Shown piece by piece: positions 38,149 to 44,345 of a stretch of DNA of 44,345 nt (position 1 is the first letter of the stretch; each line of letters starts with the position of its first letter). Under the pieces are notes generated by a model that worked only from the letters and a program-made list of their open reading frames with translations, was not told the origin of the DNA and did not search any database. The translations under genes were made by a program, and so were the position numbers. Origin of the DNA: Thermoanaerobaculia bacterium (GTDB lineage: Bacteria; Acidobacteriota; Thermoanaerobaculia; Gp7-AA8); the NCBI GenBank assembly GCA_046260175.1, contig JBHEPS010000003.1, forward strand, positions 20,944 to 65,288. Reading direction: 5' to 3'.

Positions 38149-38886
38149 TCAGCGGACCCGGGTGGCGCTCCCCGGAGGCTCCCGCCGCGCGCGATGCGCT
38201 GGAGGTGTCCCGGAGAGCGGTTCGATGGTGACGCCGTTCTCCCGCGCGATCACGTGACCCGGGGAGCCCGCACAGGGTTTGTCTACTGGAGAAGAGACGG
38301 CGAGGAGAGGAAGCCCCGAGTCGGTGAATCCGCGGCCTCGCAGCTCGAAAGCGCATCCCTGACTCAGCCTTGCCCCCACCGCGGCGCGCGCGTCAATCTG
38401 CCGGGTCTGCAAGGTGCCAGCGTCCCACACCAGAACCAGGGGGCTTGCTGGATCCGTCGGATACGTCCAGGTGAAGAGCTCCATCATGAGCTGGGTCCCG
38501 TCGGAGGACCAGTCGACGATCTCGAGCGCGTTCCCGTTGCGCCCTTCCCAGCCGGGCCGCTGGGTGAAGGCCACCGCGGTCCCCGAGGCGTCGGCCACGT
38601 AGAGACGCGAGATGTTCTGGCAGGTTCCGCCGTCATCGCCGTCTACGAGCGCGCGGGCCTCGACCTCGACCCAGGCGCGACGCGAACCGTCCGGCGAGAC
38701 ATAAACATCGCTTCGCGCGAGTCTCGGTCCCATCGGCCCCTCGAGGTTGGCCCCGTGACAGGTGACGCGCGTGGTTCCGTCGAGGACTTCGACCCACTCT
38801 CCCCCCGGCGAGGGCGCCGTCGAAGCGCAGCCGACGCCGAGGAGAGCGATCGTGAGAAGCGCGGGAAGCGAATTGAACGATCTCAT
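38149..38886 (-). CDS. Lipoprotein of unknown function (beta-propeller-like fragments)
   Basis: Lipobox 'GVGC'; 'SPDG' and 'WSSDG' motifs. Confidence 0.62.
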   Translation of the reverse strand: MRSFNSLPALLTIALLGVGCASTAPSPGGEWVEVLDGTTRVTCHGANLEGPMGPRLARSDVYVSPDGSRRAWVEVEARALVDGDDGGTCQNISRLYVADASGTAVAFTQRPGWEGRNGNALEIVDWSSDGTQLMMELFTWTYPTDPASPLVLVWDAGTLQTRQIDARAAVGARLSQGCAFELRGRGFTDSGLPLLAVSSPVDKPCAGSPGHVIARENGVTIEPLSGTPPAHRARREPPGSATRVR

Positions 38887-38929
38887 CGGCTCAGCATGCT
38901 GCGAAGCGCGTGCCGGAGCCGGCCTGGCC

Positions 38930-39430
38930 TCAATCGGCCGCCGAGCGCCTCTTTGTGACTGCCAAAGCCCCCCGAGGGTTCTCGGCGAGATCGGCCAGCA
39001 GCCTCTCGGAATCGATCCTCATGTGCACCACGACCGACTCTTCGAAGTCGTGCGCGAGAACCAGCATATCCATGAGACCCCCCTCGGGGCGGATCCAGAC
39101 CGTCGTCCGGGAGCCCCCGGCTTCCGTGACGCGAACCATCGGCGCCCAACCCTCTTCCGTGATCCGTCCGATCGCGGCGTCGAGGCGCGCATTGGGGCCA
39201 GTGAGCCCGTTGGGGTGTTCGTAAACGGCGAGGCGGAGATCGTGGACGCCCGAGGGCTTGATCATCCTGACCCCCGTTCGAGCCAGGCCCATGAAGGGAA
39301 CCCACTGGCGCTTCACGCCGGGCTCGGATCCGACCGCACTGCACAGCGTCCGAAACTCGCTTCCATTCGAGCACCCGGTGACGAAGAAGAGCATGGTTAC
39401 GGCTGCCAGAACTGACCGAATTGCCGCCAT
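38930..39430 (-). CDS. Lipoprotein associated with the DUF4252 gene
   Basis: Lipobox 'VTGC'; 1 nt from the upstream stop; 'GWAPMVRV' parallels 'GWQKIVSV' in its neighbour. Confidence 0.68.
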   Translation of the reverse strand: MAAIRSVLAAVTMLFFVTGCSNGSEFRTLCSAVGSEPGVKRQWVPFMGLARTGVRMIKPSGVHDLRLAVYEHPNGLTGPNARLDAAIGRITEEGWAPMVRVTEAGGSRTTVWIRPEGGLMDMLVLAHDFEESVVVHMRIDSERLLADLAENPRGALAVTKRRSAAD

Positions 39431-39431
39431 C

Positions 39432-39974
39432 TCACTTCACCTTCGAGGCCGGTTTTCCGGATGAAGCCGAGATCCGAGGAACGCCGAACTGCCCTTCGAG
39501 GGAAGAGAGTCGCGCCAGGTCGATCGGACCGACGATGTTCACCAGCGTGAGCTCGCGCGGCTCGGCGGCGATGACGACCAGACCGGTGATCGCATCACCT
39601 TTCAGGTGCGTGTAGATCTCGACGTTCTCCTGATCGGCACTCTTCACGCTCACGATCTTCTGCCACCCGGTGCCGATCTGGCTGCGGAAACGCCCGAGCA
39701 TCGCCGCATCGTAGGCACCGTCCTCGGCGAACGTGTAGCTTCGAACGTAGATCCCCTGCAGGCCGCGGATCATCGCAGCGGCCTCGGCGTCCTGCTCGCC
39801 CGCGGCAAGGAACTTGGACGCCAGCTTCAGAATCTCTCCATCGAGAGTGACCTCGACCGTCTCGATCGCTTTCGCCGAAAGCTCCCGGGTGTCGACGTCG
39901 AAGGCAATCTTCTGCGCGCTCAGGGTGCCCGCAAAGAGTGCGGAGGCGAACATCACAACGATTAGTTTTCTCAT
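39432..39974 (-). CDS. Exported DUF4252-family protein
   Basis: Signal peptide; 'VEVTLD', 'GIYVRSY', 'LVNIVGPIDL'. Confidence 0.8.
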   Translation of the reverse strand: MRKLIVVMFASALFAGTLSAQKIAFDVDTRELSAKAIETVEVTLDGEILKLASKFLAAGEQDAEAAAMIRGLQGIYVRSYTFAEDGAYDAAMLGRFRSQIGTGWQKIVSVKSADQENVEIYTHLKGDAITGLVVIAAEPRELTLVNIVGPIDLARLSSLEGQFGVPRISASSGKPASKVK

Positions 39975-39994
39975 CGGCTCTTTCCTTTTTCCGC

Positions 39995-40309
39995 TCAGAA
40001 TGCGGACCTTTCGTGAACTGTCTGTTTTGCCAGGTTGACCTTTTCACTCGCGATGCGAAGCGCGATCAGCGCCTCGGCCGCCGCGGCTTCGCCGCGTTTC
40101 TGTCTGTTCCAGTTCCACCCGGCCAGGGCGCTGAGGCCAATCGCCAGTGCCAGCCCCGCTGCGACCGCGTGACGCAACCAGCGGCGGCGCCACCGGCCCC
40201 CCAGAACGACTTCTTCCTCGCGATCGATGCGCTCGAGCACACGGGCGGCGAATCCCGCCGGAGGCTCGACCCGCTCGAAAGCTCGTCGAATCGCATCCTG
40301 GTCGCTCAT
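39995..40309 (-). CDS. Transmembrane anti-sigma factor
   Basis: ATGA overlap with the sigma stop; 'EPPAGFAARV', single TM. Confidence 0.75.
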   Translation of the reverse strand: MSDQDAIRRAFERVEPPAGFAARVLERIDREEEVVLGGRWRRRWLRHAVAAGLALAIGLSALAGWNWNRQKRGEAAAAEALIALRIASEKVNLAKQTVHERSAF

Positions 40310-40857
40310 GACTCTTTTCTCCCCGTTCGTTCCATTCCCCTGCGCAGCGCCTCGACTCCCCTTCTCAGATGGCTCTTGACCGTGTTCAGGGGGATCTCGA
40401 GAGTCCGCGCGATCTCGGGGATCTCCAGCTCTTCCTGGAACCGGAGCGCGAGGACGACCCGCTGGCGGGCGGGCAACTCTCCCATCAGTTGGCGAACCGT
40501 CCGGATTGCGAGCGAATCCTCCGGCTCCCGTTCGGCCGCCGGAAAGCTTTCGTCGATCGGCACCGGCCGCCATCGCCGCCGGCGAATCGCGTCGATGCAG
40601 CGATTCGCGGTCACCCTTCGCAGCCAGTGCACCATGTGCTGGGGAGACTCGATCGAGTCGAGGTCGCGATACAGACGAAGGAACACGTCCTGCGCGATCT
40701 CCTCGGCGGCCTCGGGATCCTGCAGCGTGTGCTGGGCGATGCTGAACACCATCGACTGGTGCTCCCGCACCAGCTCTCCGAAGGCGGCATGGTCGACAGC
40801 ACCACGGATCTCGCTCCGTGCCGTCATTGCCTGCGCGTCCGCGAATTCGCTCGTCAC
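40306..40857 (-). CDS. ECF RNA polymerase sigma factor
   Basis: 'AEEIAQDVFL', 'WLRRVTANRCID', 'EIARTLEIPLNTVKSHLRRG'. Confidence 0.93.
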   Translation of the reverse strand: MTSEFADAQAMTARSEIRGAVDHAAFGELVREHQSMVFSIAQHTLQDPEAAEEIAQDVFLRLYRDLDSIESPQHMVHWLRRVTANRCIDAIRRRRWRPVPIDESFPAAEREPEDSLAIRTVRQLMGELPARQRVVLALRFQEELEIPEIARTLEIPLNTVKSHLRRGVEALRRGMERTGRKES

Positions 40858-40867
40858 ATCTGCCTAA

Positions 40868-40894
40868 TACGGGAACGAGCCGAAGAAGGGTGCA
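40868..40894 (-). promoter_or_regulatory. Putative autoregulatory ECF promoter
   Basis: Minus strand TGCACC-N17-CGTA, ending about 10 nt before the GTG start. Confidence 0.5.
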
Positions 40895-41048
40895 CTCGAC
40901 CTGAATTTTCTGGCGATCCCGGATCGTTCGGCGGTACCCGAGGACGATTGACACCCTCGCTGAAGATCTGGTTCCCTAGGGCTTCGATCCGGGGCGGAAC
41001 CTGAACCCTCCGTCCTCACTTGATCATCGCGGGTTTGGAGGTTCTGTC

Positions 41049-41591
41049 GTGAAATCCATCGTGACTCTCTCGTTCATCTTCGTCGCCCTCGTTACGGCTG
41101 GCTGCCAGCGCGAGGCCCCCGAGGAAGGGAGGACCCAAGTGGCGGAAGAGACGCCGGTCGCCCCCGTCATGATGCCTCCCGTCGAAGTCACCAACAGCGA
41201 CTTCGTCGAGCCGCCCGAGGCCCCACAGCCGTCGTCTCCGATGCCAGCGGGAGGAGAAGCTTCGGCACTCCCCGAAGCCGCGAATCCTGCGGCTCCTCTC
41301 CCCGACCGGCAGAGAGCGGATGCCACGCCTCCCACTTCGCCGTCTGCTTCCGAAGGGAAGCGGCTTTACGAGGAGTACGGGTGCGGGACCTGCCACGGCG
41401 CAAACGGCGACGGCAGGCGGATGGGGCTCCGATCGTTCTCGGAACGAGCCGTCCAGCAGAAGCCGGATGCAGAGCTGATGCGGATCATCATCGAAGGGGG
41501 CGGTCCCCAGTCCGCGGGCGCTCACAAGTCGAGAAACCTGGGGGCCGAGCAGGCGCACGCCGTCGTCGCCTGGATCCGAACGCTCGGCTGA
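41049..41591 (+). CDS. Monoheme cytochrome c lipoprotein
   Basis: Lipobox 'TAGC', Pro-rich linker, CxxCH 'CGTCH'. Confidence 0.85.
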   Translation: MKSIVTLSFIFVALVTAGCQREAPEEGRTQVAEETPVAPVMMPPVEVTNSDFVEPPEAPQPSSPMPAGGEASALPEAANPAAPLPDRQRADATPPTSPSASEGKRLYEEYGCGTCHGANGDGRRMGLRSFSERAVQQKPDAELMRIIIEGGGPQSAGAHKSRNLGAEQAHAVVAWIRTLG

Positions 41592-41969
41592 TCAGCCGGA
41601 AGCCGCGATCGCGCTGATCTCGACCAGCACTCCGTGCAGATTCGCCCCGACCGTCGTGCGTGTCGGGTAGGGAGCGCTGAAGAGCTCCCGGTAGACGGCG
41701 TCGAACGCGGCCCAGTCGCCGATATCCTGGAGGTATGCGGTCACGGAGACGACGCTCGCCAGGCTCAGCCCACCCGCTTCCAGGACTCGGGAGAGGTTGC
41801 CGACCACCGCGCGCGTCTGCTCGGCGACCGAATCACCGAGGAGCTCCCCCGTGTCGAGATCCCGTGGTACCTGCCCGGAGACGAAAAGAAAGTCTCCGAT
41901 CCGGATTCCTCTGGAGTACGCGCCCGCCGGCTCTGCGCCGCCGACCTTGATTTCCTCGCGAAACGACAT
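41592..41969 (-). CDS. ridA: RidA/YjgF/UK114 family enamine deaminase
   Basis: 'GAYS', 'VSGQVP', 'PTRTTV', 'VEI'; SD 'ggagg'. Confidence 0.88.
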   Translation of the reverse strand: MSFREEIKVGGAEPAGAYSRGIRIGDFLFVSGQVPRDLDTGELLGDSVAEQTRAVVGNLSRVLEAGGLSLASVVSVTAYLQDIGDWAAFDAVYRELFSAPYPTRTTVGANLHGVLVEISAIAASG

Positions 41970-42166
41970 TCCGACCTCCCCTTGGTGGCGACATCATACC
42001 CGGCCGATTTTCGAAAACGTGATTCGGCTCACGGCGAGGGGAACAGAAATGCTTCATTATTTGGATCAAGTGTGCCGATCCTACCGGGGAGGTACACTTA
42101 CGGTTGAGAACGGTGGCTCATTCGAAGAGGAAGCCGGTGGGCAGGGCGAGCGTTATACAAGTTATT

Positions 42167-43153
42167 ATGAACAATGCCAAATTCAAAGCGGCGCTCCTGG
42201 CTGTTCTTCTCGTCGGCGGAGCGCCACTTTCTGTGGGCGCAGATGACGCCCCCACCCCGATCTTCGAGTCGATCGCGGTCAACTACGTTCTGGTTCCCTT
42301 CGTCCCGCTCGACATGAGAGGACGGCCGATGTCGAATCTCCGTGCGAGCGAGGTGAGGCTGCTCGTCGAGGGTCAGCCCGTTCAAACCGACCTTTTCGAC
42401 CATTCCGCCGACGCGCCCGTGTCGTTCACGATTCTTCTCGACGGATCCGGTTCAATGGGGCTTGCCGGCAAGCTCCAAGGGGCGCGCGCGGCGCTCGAGA
42501 CGCTCTTCCGGCAAAAAAATCCAGGCGACGATTACTCCCTGCATGTTTTCGCTTCAGGAAAGGTGACCGAGCTCGTCCCCTTCACCCCGAACGGCCGAAC
42601 GATTCTGAAGGCCTTCGACCGCGTCGAGCCCTTCGGGAAAACAGCGCTCTACGACGCAGTCGTGAGGATACCGGACCGGACGATTCTCGGAAGCAACGGA
42701 TCCCGGGCGATCATCCTGCTGACCGACGGCATCGACAATGCCTCGGAGCTGGATCGGCTTTCGCTGCTCCGTACGCTCGAAGCGATCGACGTTCCGGTTT
42801 ATCCGATCGGCCTCGCTTCGGTCGAGTCGCTGCGCCCCGCCGCGGGGCCCCGCGCCCTCGAATCCAGGCTCGACCTCGGGGTGCTGGGTGACCTGGCGCG
42901 CATGTCTGGCGGAAGACTCGCAATTGCTACGGAACCAGAGGAGCTGAGCGACGGGATCGAGGTCGTGCTTCGCGAGCTTAGGTCCCAGTATCTGGTGGGA
43001 TTTGCGCCAAGTGGAGAAGGTAATATAAGGTATCGGCGGATCGAGCTGGACATTAAGCGTCCCGTCAGTTCCGTGCGGGTCCGAAGCGGCTACCGCGGAA
43101 CCGATCCTCCCCCCATGGCCCGAAGAGGCCGTAGTAACCCGGCAGGAAAATAA
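42167..43153 (+). CDS. Exported VWA-domain protein (acidobacterial VWFA type)
   Basis: MIDAS 'DGSGS', 'TALYDA', 'LTDGID', 'ELRSQYLVGF', 'RSGY'. Confidence 0.88.
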   Translation: MNNAKFKAALLAVLLVGGAPLSVGADDAPTPIFESIAVNYVLVPFVPLDMRGRPMSNLRASEVRLLVEGQPVQTDLFDHSADAPVSFTILLDGSGSMGLAGKLQGARAALETLFRQKNPGDDYSLHVFASGKVTELVPFTPNGRTILKAFDRVEPFGKTALYDAVVRIPDRTILGSNGSRAIILLTDGIDNASELDRLSLLRTLEAIDVPVYPIGLASVESLRPAAGPRALESRLDLGVLGDLARMSGGRLAIATEPEELSDGIEVVLRELRSQYLVGFAPSGEGNIRYRRIELDIKRPVSSVRVRSGYRGTDPPPMARRGRSNPAGK

Positions 43154-43174
43154 GAAAAAGGAGTGCAAGTACAC

Positions 43175-43795
43175 ATGAGCCGTATTACCAGGATTTTGAT
43201 GTTTTCACTGACAGCAGGAGCGCTGGTCCTCGGTGGCTGCGCCACCAACTCGGCGGTCGATGATCGTATCGCCCAGCTGGAGGGGCGGACCAACCAGAAG
43301 ATCGAATCGGTCGAGGGTCAGGTCGAGGATCTTCAGGAGCAGCAGAGACGGACCGAGCAGCGACTCGACACGGTCAGCAAGGAAGCCAGCGAAGCCCTCC
43401 GCCGCGCCGAAGAAGCCGGTCTGCTCGCTCAGGGCAAGATCGTCTTCGAGCAGGCCTTCACCGAGGATCGCATTCGCTTCCCGCTCGGCAAATCGGAGCT
43501 GACCTCGGAAGCAAAGGCGGCGCTCGATGAGCTCGCTTCGCGGATCAAGGGAGTCGGCCGCCCGGTCTTCATCGAGATCCAGGGTCACACCGACTCGACC
43601 GGCAGCGCGCGCTTCAACGAAGAGCTCGGTTTCGACCGCGCTGAAGCCGTTCGCCGCTACCTTTCCGCCCAGCACAACCTTCCGCTGGCCCGGATGTCGA
43701 CGATCTCCTACGGCGAAACCAGCCCTGTGAACGACAACAAGACCCGCGACGCACGGATGCAGAACCGCCGCGTCGTAGTCGTCGTCCTCGAGTAG
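43175..43795 (+). CDS. OmpA-family peptidoglycan-binding lipoprotein with a coiled-coil linker
   Basis: Lipobox 'LGGC'; 'GHTDSTG...N..L...RAEAV', 'SYGE', 'NRRV'. Confidence 0.92.
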   Translation: MSRITRILMFSLTAGALVLGGCATNSAVDDRIAQLEGRTNQKIESVEGQVEDLQEQQRRTEQRLDTVSKEASEALRRAEEAGLLAQGKIVFEQAFTEDRIRFPLGKSELTSEAKAALDELASRIKGVGRPVFIEIQGHTDSTGSARFNEELGFDRAEAVRRYLSAQHNLPLARMSTISYGETSPVNDNKTRDARMQNRRVVVVVLE

Positions 43796-43818
43796 CCGTC
43801 ACCCCTTTGCTTCGAATT

Positions 43819-43849
43819 AGAGGGCGCCCCTGCGGGCGCCCTCTCTTTT
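43819..43849 (+). terminator. Intrinsic terminator
   Basis: AGAGGGCGCCC-ctgc-GGGCGCCCTCT followed by CTTTT. Confidence 0.8.
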
Positions 43850-43896
43850 GGGGAGAATGCCGCCGCCCCTCATCCCGTTTGAACGAGTCAGACCCG

Positions 43897-44345
43897 ATGG
43901 CTCGCCTCGCTTTCTTCCTTCCCTTGCTCTTCGCGATCGGATGCGCCGGTCCCCCCCCGGAGCCTCCGAAGGTTCGCGTCAGCCAATGGCGCGACATGAA
44001 GCTCGAATCGCGCACGCTCAAGGCCGACACGGCTTTTGCCGCCTTCGGAATGCGCAGCCAGGCTGAGCACGACGACGGCTCCACCCGGTGGAACGCGCAC
44101 ACGAGTGACCTCCCGCGTGAGACCACCGATGGCTTCCTCCGAAGAGAGTTTCGGATCACGATTGCAAACCGCGATTCGGTCGCCCTCGAGTTCCACGCGC
44201 GACTCGATTACTTCGATTCGGATCAGGGCGCACTGCTGAAGCGGCGCGAGATCGATCACATGGTCGCACCCCCTTTCATCGAGAATACGTGGATCGGTTC
44301 GGTGATGATCCGCGAACCTGGCGGTGCCGAACTGGTCGCCAGAAT
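43897..44345 (+). CDS. Lipoprotein of unknown function, runs off the window end
   Basis: MARLAFFLPLLFAIGC lipobox; no in-frame stop before the window end; absent from the ORF track. Confidence 0.65.
   Translation, partial: MARLAFFLPLLFAIGCAGPPPEPPKVRVSQWRDMKLESRTLKADTAFAAFGMRSQAEHDDGSTRWNAHTSDLPRETTDGFLRREFRITIANRDSVALEFHARLDYFDSDQGALLKRREIDHMVAPPFIENTWIGSVMIREPGGAELVAR

Overview
A GC-rich, gene-dense bacterial window of mostly housekeeping and metabolic genes. It probably comes from an Acidobacteriota member; this is inferred from the acidobacterial-type VWA protein, the ECF/DUF4252 locus and the gene style. Recognisable genes include ispH, moaA, a methylcrotonyl-CoA-carboxylase-type carboxyltransferase, a B12-binding mutase small subunit, otsAB, dacB, purH-kdsC-lpxL, proline dehydrogenase, comF, qor, tyrosine phenol-lyase, rsgA, ridA and two ECF sigma/anti-sigma operons. 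I found no rRNA, tRNA, CRISPR array, transposase or prophage, and no clear-cut new multi-gene system. The best leads are: (i) a membrane receptor whose kinase and cyclase domains both look catalytically dead, plus three other apparent pseudoenzymes; (ii) an OtsA fused to a two-TM sensor-like module; (iii) a palindromic intergenic element built from (GGGGCTA)n heptamers; (iv) several sigma54-like -24/-12 motifs and many leaderless-type promoters; (v) a frameshifted HAD-hydrolase remnant missed by the ORF track; (vi) an orphan FabF-like ketosynthase with a large insertion. All calls come from reading motifs by eye; no database searches were run. Several start codons are corrected relative to the ORF track.
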